DNA of 64,000 bases from an uncultured virus (IMG/VR IMGVR_UViG_3300031759_000004). Lineage: Duplodnaviria > Heunggongvirae > Uroviricota > Caudoviricetes. The stretch lies in the IMG/VR virus record IMGVR_UViG_3300031759_000004, positions 1 through 64,000 of that record; one strand, 5' to 3'. Position 1 is the first letter of the stretch. Every line of letters begins with the position of its first letter. The position numbers were made by a program, and so were the translations under genes. This document shows positions 16,505-25,569 of this stretch, piece by piece. Under the pieces are notes generated by a model. The model worked only from the letters and a program-made list of their open reading frames with translations. It did not search any database and was not told the origin of the DNA.

Positions 16505-17692
16505 ATGCCCTATTCCCCGCTCGTCACGCAGGTTTTGATCAAGTACCGGATTTACATGCCCAACGGTGCGCCGTACCTGATCAAGATCGAGGGTCAGTTG
16601 GTGCCCAAGCTGGAGCCTGATGTCATCGACCGCCTGGTGACGGCGGACCGGTCGCACGACCAGAAGTGGATCGACTGGATTTTCTACCAGGCGGGCGGCG
16701 GACCGGAGGCGGAGGCGAAGCGCGAGCGCGCCCTGGCCAGCACCAAGCTGGAGTTTTTCCGCATGGGCGCTCGGGACGGCGTGCCGCAGGCCACCTTGGA
16801 CAAGCGCTGGGCGCGCCAGGAGCCGATTTTTGCGGACTATCTGATCTCCGCGCCCGAGGACAAGCTGGAGTACTTTAAGGGCACGTTCGGCTACTACCGG
16901 GAATGGCCGGGCCGCAACCATGTCTACGAAACTATCGAGCGGAGTTTGACGGAATTCCAGTCCAACTTCCGTCAGGTTGTCCGCCTGGCCCGGCTGGAGC
17001 CGGAGCGTGACATCGGCACCAAGCCGGAGGATTTTCACACGGTGATTGAGCTGATGCAGACCGTGTCCCGGGTGAAGCGCTTTTGGAAGTTCAACGAGAT
17101 CAAGACCTCGGCGCACCCGCAGCGCAAGGACGACTTGATCTACGACGACGAGGTGCTCCACGTCATTGCGCCGCTCACCTGGGCCGCTTCCGTGAAGTAC
17201 GGCCACCCGGCCTGGCTGCTGTCCGATCCGAACGAGCTGGAGCGCAGCCGCAGTTCCGTGGCGGACTATTCGCCCTGGACGTCGGCCTACCAGACCGGAA
17301 ACGTCTACGTTTTTCTGAACTTCAAGGTGCCCATGCCGGTGGCGGTCAACCTCAAGGGCAACGACTACGAGCATTCGTCCTTGCAGATGGTGCGCCTAAA
17401 CTTGCATCGGGATCAGTTGAAGGGCCTTGGCGACCACAACAAGTGGGAGGTTATCACGGAAGCCGGGGACGAGGGTACGGTGGAGACGCTGAAGCAAACC
17501 ATCCTGGCCGAGCCTACGTACGAGATGACGCCCGAGGAGCAGGCGCAACCGTTTAATCGCGGAGCGCGCCGGATCAAGACGGAGGACCAGGCGCGGCACA
17601 TCATCCGCCACCTGGACATGGCGCTGGCTGCCGTGGCGGAATGGGCGGCGCAGTTTGACCCGCGCACGCTGAAGGTAGACCCGTACAACTAG
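16505..17692 (+). CDS. Hypothetical protein, paralog of 14739..16016
   Basis: Colinear similarity along the whole length; GTAGTTA 7 nt upstream. Confidence 0.85.
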   Translation: MPYSPLVTQVLIKYRIYMPNGAPYLIKIEGQLVPKLEPDVIDRLVTADRSHDQKWIDWIFYQAGGGPEAEAKRERALASTKLEFFRMGARDGVPQATLDKRWARQEPIFADYLISAPEDKLEYFKGTFGYYREWPGRNHVYETIERSLTEFQSNFRQVVRLARLEPERDIGTKPEDFHTVIELMQTVSRVKRFWKFNEIKTSAHPQRKDDLIYDDEVLHVIAPLTWAASVKYGHPAWLLSDPNELERSRSSVADYSPWTSAYQTGNVYVFLNFKVPMPVAVNLKGNDYEHSSLQMVRLNLHRDQLKGLGDHNKWEVITEAGDEGTVETLKQTILAEPTYEMTPEEQAQPFNRGARRIKTEDQARHIIRHLDMALAAVAEWAAQFDPRTLKVDPYN

Positions 17693-18390
17693 CCGGTGGC
17701 CTGCTTGACGATCCGTTGGATGATTCCACGCAAGGCGTAGGCCACGCTCTTGTCCCGCACTTCTTTCAAGCCGTTCATCACCAGTGCCGCCAGGGCGACG
17801 CCAAAGTCAGCCCCAACCTCCGCCGGGGCGTAAGCGCTGACCAGCGGGATCAGCGAGTGGTATTTCTTCCGGTTGCAGTACTCCGCCGTGGGACCCCAGC
17901 TCTTGATGTCGACGCCTTCGCTGTCACCGTAGCTGATGTTGTTGGCCAGGAGGGCGTTGACGATGTTGATGTAGACGAGCCGTTCGACGCTGTGGCCACG
18001 GTTCGGGTAGGCTTCCAGCACGTCGGTGTACTGGCTGCTGCGGGCGCGGATGGCCGCGTCGCCCAGCAAGGTGTCCGCCTGGTTGATCGCCTCCTCGGTC
18101 GGCAGGTCCAGCTTCTTGTCCCAGACGGATTTTCCGCCCGTCCCGGCGCGCTGCAACAGCAGCTTGCCGAATTCTCGCAGCACCAGGGCCTCGGGGGCCT
18201 TGGATTCCCGCAGCGGCGGGTACAGGCTGATGCCCATGTCGCCGTTGGCGGAAAGCGCCGCGTCGGTGCCGCCAGCAGTTTCGTGGGCGGACCACTCGAT
18301 CTTTTTCCAGGTCTGGTTCAGCAGGTCGGCCAGCGGGCACTCCTCGATGTGCTTGCTGGCGCTCCGAATGATGTCTTGGTACGTTGTCAT
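17689..18390 (-). CDS. Hypothetical protein
   Basis: Likely start MTTYQD at 18390, overlapping the upstream stop. Confidence 0.7.
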   Translation of the reverse strand: MTTYQDIIRSASKHIEECPLADLLNQTWKKIEWSAHETAGGTDAALSANGDMGISLYPPLRESKAPEALVLREFGKLLLQRAGTGGKSVWDKKLDLPTEEAINQADTLLGDAAIRARSSQYTDVLEAYPNRGHSVERLVYINIVNALLANNISYGDSEGVDIKSWGPTAEYCNRKKYHSLIPLVSAYAPAEVGADFGVALAALVMNGLKEVRDKSVAYALRGIIQRIVKQATG

Positions 18391-19499
18391 TAGTTTATGC
18401 GGCAGGCGACGAATCCCTTGGGCAGGTCCGTGGAGTTGTGATCGTAGCTGGCCAGGGTGTTCTGCCAGCCGTCGTTGGACACCACGTCCTCGGCCACTTT
18501 GCGGTCGTCTACGTCTACCAGTTCCAGGGCTTGTTTGCGGGCGTCTCTGCCGTACACGTCCTCCAGCCATTCCCACGGATCGACGTTTGGCTTGGTTTTT
18601 TCGATCCAGTTGTCCACGATGCTGTTCAGCTGGGCGACCCGGGCCTTGTTGGCCACGCGCGGCTCGCCGTTCTTCTTAAAGAACACCAGGTCGTCGCTTT
18701 CAATCTCGTCTTCCTCCACCATCTTTTGCAGCTGCTCCTCGTAGTCCATGTTGTTGACTTCGTCGCCGTAGTCCTCGTACGGGTCGCCAACGGCCTGCGC
18801 CAGTTTTTCCTTGTCGATGTAGTTGGCCAGGAAGTCGGCCCCAAACATGTCCGGTTCGTCGCGGACATCCTGGGCCACCCGGTCGACGGCAATCTTGCGG
18901 GCGGTGTCGTCGTCCTTGAACACCCACCACTGCTCGCGGCCATAGTCGACAACGAAGTTGGTGGTATCGTCCGGTGCGTTCTCGTCGTAGTCGCCGTTCG
19001 TGTCGTTAATCTCAAGCTCGTCCAGGTTGCAGTCCAATTCCTGGGACAGGCCGTAAAGGGCCTCCTGCACCCAGCTGGAAAATAGAATCTGGCTGATGGC
19101 CGCCCAGGGGTCGGCAGCCACGGCGGCGTCAAGGGCCGCTTCCTCGTCCTCGGGCGCGGTCGGCTCGGGCGCTGGCTCGGGATTCCCGGGCGGCAGCGGC
19201 ACCGGCGGCTCTTCGTTTTCCTTGACGATGTCGGCCAGCGGCTTGACCTTTTTCTCCGGCTCATGGATCACCTGCCGAATCTGCTTTTTGATCTTTTCGG
19301 TCTGCTCCAGCGAGCAGTCGTTGCAGAGCCGGTTGCGTCGGGCGTCGGCCAGGGTCTTGAAGCCGCCTTGCACGTGGCTGCACCCGGGGCACTCGGCGTA
19401 GTATTCGACGCTGTCCGGGTAGAGCTTCAGGTCCGCGTAGATGCCCGCGTTGCTGTGCTGATCCGTTGTCGGACGTTCGCGTTCAAGCAGGGAGATCAT
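18390..19499 (-). CDS. Acidic hypothetical protein with CxxC...CxxC Zn-binding motif and N-terminal SLLE
   Basis: MISLLERE start; CPGC and CNDC. Confidence 0.7.
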   Translation of the reverse strand: MISLLERERPTTDQHSNAGIYADLKLYPDSVEYYAECPGCSHVQGGFKTLADARRNRLCNDCSLEQTEKIKKQIRQVIHEPEKKVKPLADIVKENEEPPVPLPPGNPEPAPEPTAPEDEEAALDAAVAADPWAAISQILFSSWVQEALYGLSQELDCNLDELEINDTNGDYDENAPDDTTNFVVDYGREQWWVFKDDDTARKIAVDRVAQDVRDEPDMFGADFLANYIDKEKLAQAVGDPYEDYGDEVNNMDYEEQLQKMVEEDEIESDDLVFFKKNGEPRVANKARVAQLNSIVDNWIEKTKPNVDPWEWLEDVYGRDARKQALELVDVDDRKVAEDVVSNDGWQNTLASYDHNSTDLPKGFVACRIN

Positions 19500-20076
19500 C
19501 TGGGTTGGCACGCTTGCGGCGCTTGGTGGGGTAAACCGGCTGAGCCTGCATGACGAGCGTTCCGTTGGCGAGGATGGTGTCTCCGTCTGTAAATGGAAGC
19601 ACGCGCTGATCTCCCCACGCGCCGGATTTGGAGCCGTAGTTGCACCAGAATAAATTCCAGTTGTACGCGTGCTCTTTCCTCGGCTTTCGGCCAAACACGT
19701 GCCAGCCGCCGGGAGCAGCCCAGTTGATTCGTTCCATCGTGGTCTTGCTGCAAAATCCATCCGTGGCGACAGTGACCTTGTTGGTATTGTCTACGGTGAC
19801 GACGTACGTGTTGTGGTACTGTAGCGCGATGTGTTCTGCGTCTACCTGCACCAGCTTGGTTTCCGTGCCTTGGACCCGCTTGCTCTGGCGTCCGTTAAGC
19901 CGTTCGCCCCACCTTTGCCAGAGAAACACCGGACTGCCCGGCAGCATGAAGGGCACCTTGCCGGAAACGTACTGGGTCAGCAGCTTTTCTGGGTCTGGGT
20001 CAACAGGTGTAGCGGCTGGGTCGACGGGTTGCTCGTCGTCCAGCAGCATTTTGGTGATGGCGAAAGCATTAAGCAT
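19483..20076 (-). CDS. Hypothetical protein with N-terminal tag (AFAITKMLLDDE...DPDP)
   Basis: Coupled ORF in a minus-strand run. Confidence 0.7.
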   Translation of the reverse strand: MLNAFAITKMLLDDEQPVDPAATPVDPDPEKLLTQYVSGKVPFMLPGSPVFLWQRWGERLNGRQSKRVQGTETKLVQVDAEHIALQYHNTYVVTVDNTNKVTVATDGFCSKTTMERINWAAPGGWHVFGRKPRKEHAYNWNLFWCNYGSKSGAWGDQRVLPFTDGDTILANGTLVMQAQPVYPTKRRKRANPDDLPA

Positions 20077-20662
20077 TGGGTACGGCAGCGCCAACCATGC
20101 GAATTTCGTTGGGGTTGTACTCGCGGTCCATGTGGGGCTTGTTATTGCCGAAACTCAAGCGGTAGCGCCCGTCCTGGCCCACGCTGGCCACTTTGCCGGT
20201 GTACGTTTTTCCGTCGTCGGTGACCATCGTGTCATCCCCGATCTGCGGGGCCTTGGGCGGTTGCGTGGTCGGACTGACAGGCGTCGGCGTCCGGGGTTCG
20301 ATGGGCGCGCCGGTCATGCTGGAGCCGGGTGAAGCCGGGCTGGAAAGTCCCATGCCCGCCCAGGCTTCGCGCATGCCTTTGGGCATGGCCTGGCCGCACT
20401 TTTCATCGTCGCACGGCTCGCACTCGCAGGCGCACTCGCCGCACTTGGGGCACTTGCACGCCTCGGTGACTTCCGACAGCTTGCCCTGATTCAGGTTGAC
20501 CATCAAGAAGCCGGTGTCCATGTCCGGCACCAGCCAGTTTTTCCGCAGGGCTTCCTGCACGCCGTCGGGTCCGATGGCGGAGATCAGCTCTCCCGTCGTG
20601 ACGACTGGGTTGGGCCGGAGGCGGCGCTCGCTGATGTAACGGGCAACGTAGATCGTATTCAT
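20069..20662 (-). CDS. Hypothetical protein with a Cys cluster and a C-terminal SH3/KOW-like segment
   Basis: CKCPKCGECACEC; IGDDTMV...YTGKVASV; GTATTTA 7 nt upstream. Confidence 0.65.
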   Translation of the reverse strand: MNTIYVARYISERRLRPNPVVTTGELISAIGPDGVQEALRKNWLVPDMDTGFLMVNLNQGKLSEVTEACKCPKCGECACECEPCDDEKCGQAMPKGMREAWAGMGLSSPASPGSSMTGAPIEPRTPTPVSPTTQPPKAPQIGDDTMVTDDGKTYTGKVASVGQDGRYRLSFGNNKPHMDREYNPNEIRMVGAAVPNA

Positions 20663-20675
20663 TATGAACTAAATA

Positions 20676-20978
20676 CTAGAAGTAGCCTTGGCGCACCATG
20701 GAGAGGAAACTGGGATCGCTATCGTAACGAGCCAGCACCGCTTCGGCCTCGGCAAAGGTGTGGGCGGAGCGCAGGCTCCGCAGGTCGGCCTGGGTAAAGT
20801 CTGGATTGATCCAGCGGATGTAGCCCGCTGCCTGGCGCTTGAACTGGCGCAAGATGTCCGCCTCTTTCGCGGCGTTCTCCTGGCCGATGGCGCTGGCGTA
20901 CTGGGCGAACAGGCGCTCGGGATCGTCCGGCGGCGGGCCGCCGTTAAGCAGGGCGTCTACAATCTGGCCAGCCTTCAT
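20676..20978 (-). CDS. Tagged hypothetical protein (MKAGQIVDALLN...DDP)
   Basis: N-terminal tag motif. Confidence 0.7.
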   Translation of the reverse strand: MKAGQIVDALLNGGPPPDDPERLFAQYASAIGQENAAKEADILRQFKRQAAGYIRWINPDFTQADLRSLRSAHTFAEAEAVLARYDSDPSFLSMVRQGYF

Positions 20979-21163
20979 GAACGGTCCAGCAGGCGGCTGA
21001 CGATGCTTTCAGCCGTAGGCTTGGCGTCCTCTTTGTCCTCTGCCGGTTCAGCTTTGTCGGCCTTGTCGGCTTTAGCCGTTTTGCCGCGCAGGTGAATCTT
21101 GCCTTTGTTCTGGCAGAACCCGCAGGTGCAGCCTTTCTTGTGTGCTTCGTTTAATCGGCTCAT
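20975..21163 (-). CDS. Small Cys-motif protein with C-terminal ESIVSRLL
   Basis: CTCGFC; coupled to neighbours. Confidence 0.6.
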   Translation of the reverse strand: MSRLNEAHKKGCTCGFCQNKGKIHLRGKTAKADKADKAEPAEDKEDAKPTAESIVSRLLDRS

Positions 21164-21166
21164 ACG

Positions 21167-21910
21167 TTAAAGTTCGCCAACGTCGGTTTTCTCGTCGGGC
21201 ATGTCTTCCGGGTTCAGCTCTTCGCCGCCCTCGCCGCCAGGTTCCGGTGAACCAGGCTCTGCGCCGGGTGCGCCTTCTTCGCCCGGGGGAATGTCGCCGG
21301 GACCGCCAGGGCCGCCGCCTTCAGGGCCACCAGGTGCGCCTTCAGGGCCGCCTTCGGGACCGCCTTCGGGACCGCCAGGACCGCCCGGAGGTCCGCCTGC
21401 GCCGCCCATGCCGCCACCGCCGCCGCCACCCTCGCCGCCAGGGCCGCCCTTCTCGTCCGGTCCAAAATCAGGACTCATGGGCGGCCCGCCACCGCCGTGG
21501 CCACCACCGCCGCCCGCGTACGGATCGTTTTGGTTCATGTCCACGTCGCGGGGCAGCTCTTCTTCGGAGGCGATCAAGACCCGCAACTGATCCCTGAGCG
21601 ACCGGAAGTAGCTGGCCAGGTTCCAGGTGTCTACGGACAACATGTCCGCCGCCGCCTTCAAGGTGTCCAGAATCTCCCGGTTGATGGACCCGGTGATCTC
21701 ATTGCCGCGCCAGATTTTCAGGAATTCGCGCAGCTTGTCCGCGTACGGGAAGTTGCGGCCCTTCTCGGCGTCGTCGAGCAGGTTCTTGAGCTGCCCTTCG
21801 ATCTTGCCGTGCCAGCGCACCACTGATTTTCCGTCAAAGGTTTCAGCCAGGCCCGACAGCAGGCGCAGCCTGGCGTATTCCTGGGATTCGTAGTCGTAGG
21901 CGGTATTCAT
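21167..21910 (-). CDS. Hypothetical protein with a Gly/Pro/Glu-rich disordered C-terminus
   Basis: GGPEGGPEG low-complexity tail. Confidence 0.7.
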   Translation of the reverse strand: MNTAYDYESQEYARLRLLSGLAETFDGKSVVRWHGKIEGQLKNLLDDAEKGRNFPYADKLREFLKIWRGNEITGSINREILDTLKAAADMLSVDTWNLASYFRSLRDQLRVLIASEEELPRDVDMNQNDPYAGGGGGHGGGGPPMSPDFGPDEKGGPGGEGGGGGGGMGGAGGPPGGPGGPEGGPEGGPEGAPGGPEGGGPGGPGDIPPGEEGAPGAEPGSPEPGGEGGEELNPEDMPDEKTDVGEL

Positions 21911-21916
21911 AGTCGA

Positions 21917-22438
21917 TTAAAAAATAAAGCGTGCCCGATGCTCGTGGAACAGGTCCAGCTGATTCGGGTCTGGCGGCGGTGCCGGAGGGGCGTCCGGATC
22001 ACGCTGTACCGGGCCGTTTTGAATTGTAGACAGCTGGCGCTTGCGGGCCTCCTCGGCGGCAGCCGCCTCCCGCTCGCGGAAATCCGGGACGGTGGACCAC
22101 TCGTCCGCGTTGTTCTGGTCGATGTAGCCGTAGCTCTTGAATCCGATTTTGATCGGTATCTTGAATTCGCCGGGCCGGGACTTCCAGGTCTTGGTGGCCC
22201 CGTTGCGCCGCGCCTGGTACGGTGCGCCTTCCACGCCGCGCTTGCGGCTCTTGTAGCGCTCGGTGCGGTGGTAGAAAGTGTTGGCCGAGTGGCAGTTGTA
22301 GGCCGTGATTTTACCTGTCGACGCCTCCTGGTGCATGGCGTCGATGAAGTGGCCGGGGTCGACGTTATCCAGCTCTTCGGTGTTGTCGAATTCGTCGGCT
22401 TCCAGCAGCGCGCTGACAATGAGGCTAGCGTTTGCCAC
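21917..22438 (-). CDS. Tagged hypothetical protein (ANASLIVSALLEAD)
   Basis: GTG start at 22438; RRNGATKTWKSRPGEFKIPIKIG phage-type motif. Confidence 0.7.
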   Translation of the reverse strand: MANASLIVSALLEADEFDNTEELDNVDPGHFIDAMHQEASTGKITAYNCHSANTFYHRTERYKSRKRGVEGAPYQARRNGATKTWKSRPGEFKIPIKIGFKSYGYIDQNNADEWSTVPDFREREAAAAEEARKRQLSTIQNGPVQRDPDAPPAPPPDPNQLDLFHEHRARFIF

Positions 22439-23351
22439 GGCTGTCTCCCCGGCGCTTGCGCATGCGCTCCAGGCGCTTGTTCCAGTCCACTTTGGGCTGT
22501 GCGGCTGGAACCGGCGGGGGACCGTCAATCGCCGGAATGGCTCCTGCCGAGGTCATCTCCAGCAGTGACTCAGCCACGTCTTTGGGCGTGCTTTTGCTGC
22601 CGGGATTGGCCTTGTAAAACTCGCGCGACCGGAGCGACGAAGATTTGGGATAGGCCAGATCGCCGCCGCAGTGGGCGCAGCAAGCCTTGTTGCCGACGTA
22701 CTTGGCGGAAGTCGCTTTCTGGCAGGATTTGCACCAGTGGCCGCCCAGCTCATGCAGGATGGACTCGCTGGTTTTCTTGCTGCCTTTGGGTGTGCCTTCG
22801 GGCTGTTTGCCTTCGGCTTCCTTGCCGACGCCTTTTTTGTGGTCGTCGCTGGTCTTGTCATCAAACTCGACCGGATTCATGTCCTCGTCGTGCTCCGGCT
22901 CCGTGGCCGCAAATTTCTGGGCGTCCTTGAGAATCTTCTCCAGTTCCGGGGCTTCGTCCTTGTCGGACGGGTCGTTGGTGGCGATCTCGATGAAGCTGAT
23001 CAGCATGTCGGCAGGCTCGAAGGACATGGCCAGGTCGCCCGACTTGGCAGGCACCCAGCCTTTGGTGGCCAGGGTGTGCAGATTCTCCGGGTCAAAGAGT
23101 TTCTGGACGCTGTGCTTGTACTCCAGCGGGTCGTCGAAATACAGCTCGGCGCTCGACGGGCCAGCTTCCAGCTTGCCGCCGATGTCCAGGTCCTTGAGCA
23201 CCGTGGCCAGCGGCTGTTTGTTGGCCACCATCTCCTCGGTTTCTTTTTCGGCAGCTTCCTCGAACAACTGCACGATCTGCTCGCCCAGGCCCGGCTCAGA
23301 AGCGGACACCGCCGACTCTCCGAACAAAAATTTCAGCAAATTGGCTCTCAT
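22425..23351 (-). CDS. Acidic hypothetical protein with a Zn-ribbon (possible head-internal protein)
   Basis: CKSC...CAHC; several LFE/LHE/LLE sites; GTAGTTA 7 nt upstream. Confidence 0.7.
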   Translation of the reverse strand: MRANLLKFLFGESAVSASEPGLGEQIVQLFEEAAEKETEEMVANKQPLATVLKDLDIGGKLEAGPSSAELYFDDPLEYKHSVQKLFDPENLHTLATKGWVPAKSGDLAMSFEPADMLISFIEIATNDPSDKDEAPELEKILKDAQKFAATEPEHDEDMNPVEFDDKTSDDHKKGVGKEAEGKQPEGTPKGSKKTSESILHELGGHWCKSCQKATSAKYVGNKACCAHCGGDLAYPKSSSLRSREFYKANPGSKSTPKDVAESLLEMTSAGAIPAIDGPPPVPAAQPKVDWNKRLERMRKRRGDSRGKR

Positions 23352-23361
23352 TACGCCTTAA

Positions 23362-23871
23362 CTACGCGGCTGGCTTGTCGCACAGTTTGACCTCATTGGC
23401 CAGCTGGGCCTCGATGATCGGCTTAAGGTTGGCTCGGCGGTAGCTGGGTCCCTTGATCCACTTTCCGTCCTCGCGCTTGTGGCCGTCAATGAACTTGGAC
23501 ATGTTGCTGCCGTGCACTTCCTGCCAGCCCGGTTCCAGCGCGGTGCCGCTGGCCACGCCGTTGCCGATGGTAAATACCAGCAGGTCGATGTTGGCGTCGT
23601 AAGCGTCTACAATGGCCGAAAGGGCCTGGGCCGGGTCCCGCTCGTCGTACATGGGCTTGTCGGCGGCCCAACAGGAGAAGTTGTCGACGGCGGTGCCGCG
23701 ATTGTTGGTCTCAAATTCCAGGCCCCAGGCGTTGGCCAGTTCGCACAGCTCCTCGGCCAGCCAGCGCAATCGGCCCATCCGCGTTTCCAGCGGCGGCAGG
23801 CAGGGTTTGGACGGGATCGCCTGTTCGGCGTGGACCATGAAGTCTTTAACTTGGGCTTGAGCGTTTATCAT
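23362..23871 (-). CDS. MazG/PRA-PH-like nucleotide pyrophosphohydrolase
   Basis: WLAEELCE, EVHGSNMSK, DGKWIKGP motifs. Confidence 0.8.
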   Translation of the reverse strand: MINAQAQVKDFMVHAEQAIPSKPCLPPLETRMGRLRWLAEELCELANAWGLEFETNNRGTAVDNFSCWAADKPMYDERDPAQALSAIVDAYDANIDLLVFTIGNGVASGTALEPGWQEVHGSNMSKFIDGHKREDGKWIKGPSYRRANLKPIIEAQLANEVKLCDKPAA

Positions 23872-25526
23872 TTTAGTATCAGGGATTTGGTGAACCAGGT
23901 GGGAAAAAAGTCTTCGTTTCGCTCGTAAATTCGGACGAAATCGCTGTCCAGGATGTAAGTGTGGCCGTGGTCGGTTTCGCTGCGCACGATGCGGCCACAC
24001 GCCTGGATCACCGTCATAACGGCCTGCAAGGTGTACCAGTCCGGGTCCCGGTCGCGGTGGGCCGCCACCTGCCGGTCGCCCAGGTTGGGGAACGGCATCT
24101 TGGAGATGATCTGGAACCGGGCCAGGTCGTCGTCAAAGCTGTAGCCCTCGGTCACGCTGGGGCTGAGGATCACGGTTGGCTCCTTGGCGCGCGCGTGCCG
24201 CTGCATGATCTGGGGCCGCTGGGACGCCGTGGTGGCGAAGAGCACCCGGGACGCGTGCTGCGTGCCCATCAGGTACTTGTAAATCTTCTGGCCCAGCTGG
24301 TAGCTGTGGCAGTGGATGATGCCTTTGTCGGCGGCGTGCAGTTCCAGGAGAATGTCCGTCAGGCGGCAGAACCCCGGGAAGGAGTGATCCACGCTGTTGC
24401 GGCTCATGCTGCCAACAGGCCGGACTTCGACCGGGCGGTTCTCCACGGGAAACGGGCTGTCTACATCCATCCAGGCCACGGTGCGCGGGTCCAGGCCCAG
24501 GCTGCGGCAGAAAATCTTCTTGGAGCCGGGGTAGGCGCTCATGTACAGCCGCGCCTTGGCCCGGTTTTGGACCAGCTCCGGGAAGAAGGCGCTGGCGTCG
24601 ATGGGCTTGGCGGTGCAAGCGCGATGGCTCTCCGGATTGCCTTCCCGGTCGTTGTTTTGCCAGTAGACCCAGTCGCCGGGGTATTCCTGCAAGGATTGGG
24701 TTACCACGCGCACGCGGCTGACATGGTTGTCCAGCTGGCTGAATTCCGCCTGGTCCGCCCGCCGGGAAGGACTGTCCGGGGCGTCGTCGGAAGTTTCCAG
24801 CTTCTGCATCAGCATCTCCATCCGTGATTCCAGGGCGGCGAGGTAGTCCTTGCTCAGCCACTCGCAAAAATGACCGGCGTCCGGCAGGTCGGGTATTTCG
24901 CCCAGCTGAGGTGCCCACTTCTGCATGCTGGGTTCCGTGACGGACAGCTCGACGAAGCTGGTGATCTGGCGCTCCAGGGTGTGGCACTCGTCGCACACCA
25001 GGCCCAGGCGCATGGGCAGCTTCTGGGCGTACGTGGCTTCCGTGAAAAAGTACGGGTAATTGGTCACGGCCAGGTCGGCGTTCTGGAACTTGAACTTCGT
25101 GACCAAATAGGGGCAGGTGTGAATTTTGCGGCGCTCGCACATTCCTTTGGACTTGATCTTGGAACCCAGCGAGCAGTTGCCGTAAGCGTGGCAGGTGTAC
25201 TCCGTGGCCGACTTCAGACTCTGGGCCGAGTTGCGGAAGGCTGGCCGGTACCGTGGAAAGTCGCGGTCTAGCTGATCTTGCAGCAGTTTCTGGGTGACCA
25301 GATAGTATCCGCCCGAGGCGATGTACTCGCTGCTCGCGCCGCGCATGTAGTAGCAGAAAGCGGCTCCGATGGCGGTTTTGCCGACACCGGTGGGCGCGGC
25401 CAGGATGATGTCGTTGTAACCGTCAAAGAGGTGCTGCTCGACGTCGTTCAGGATCGAGACCTGGGTGGGACGCGCATTCTCCATGGGGAAGGCGTCGATC
25501 ATGCTGGCAAAGGTGGCGGCTGACAT
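23868..25526 (-). CDS. DinG/XPD-like SF2 helicase
   Basis: APTGVGKT, DECH, MSA, QACGRIVRSETDHG; Cys cluster. Confidence 0.88.
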   Translation of the reverse strand: MSAATFASMIDAFPMENARPTQVSILNDVEQHLFDGYNDIILAAPTGVGKTAIGAAFCYYMRGASSEYIASGGYYLVTQKLLQDQLDRDFPRYRPAFRNSAQSLKSATEYTCHAYGNCSLGSKIKSKGMCERRKIHTCPYLVTKFKFQNADLAVTNYPYFFTEATYAQKLPMRLGLVCDECHTLERQITSFVELSVTEPSMQKWAPQLGEIPDLPDAGHFCEWLSKDYLAALESRMEMLMQKLETSDDAPDSPSRRADQAEFSQLDNHVSRVRVVTQSLQEYPGDWVYWQNNDREGNPESHRACTAKPIDASAFFPELVQNRAKARLYMSAYPGSKKIFCRSLGLDPRTVAWMDVDSPFPVENRPVEVRPVGSMSRNSVDHSFPGFCRLTDILLELHAADKGIIHCHSYQLGQKIYKYLMGTQHASRVLFATTASQRPQIMQRHARAKEPTVILSPSVTEGYSFDDDLARFQIISKMPFPNLGDRQVAAHRDRDPDWYTLQAVMTVIQACGRIVRSETDHGHTYILDSDFVRIYERNEDFFPTWFTKSLILK

Positions 25527-25569
25527 GCGTGAATTTAGAACGGTATTCGCCGTCCGTAGTTAGGTCATT

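Noticed and set aside
21201..21520. Gly/Pro-rich stretch as a second collagen
   Set aside because: GGPEG-type low complexity without sustained Gly-X-Y periodicity
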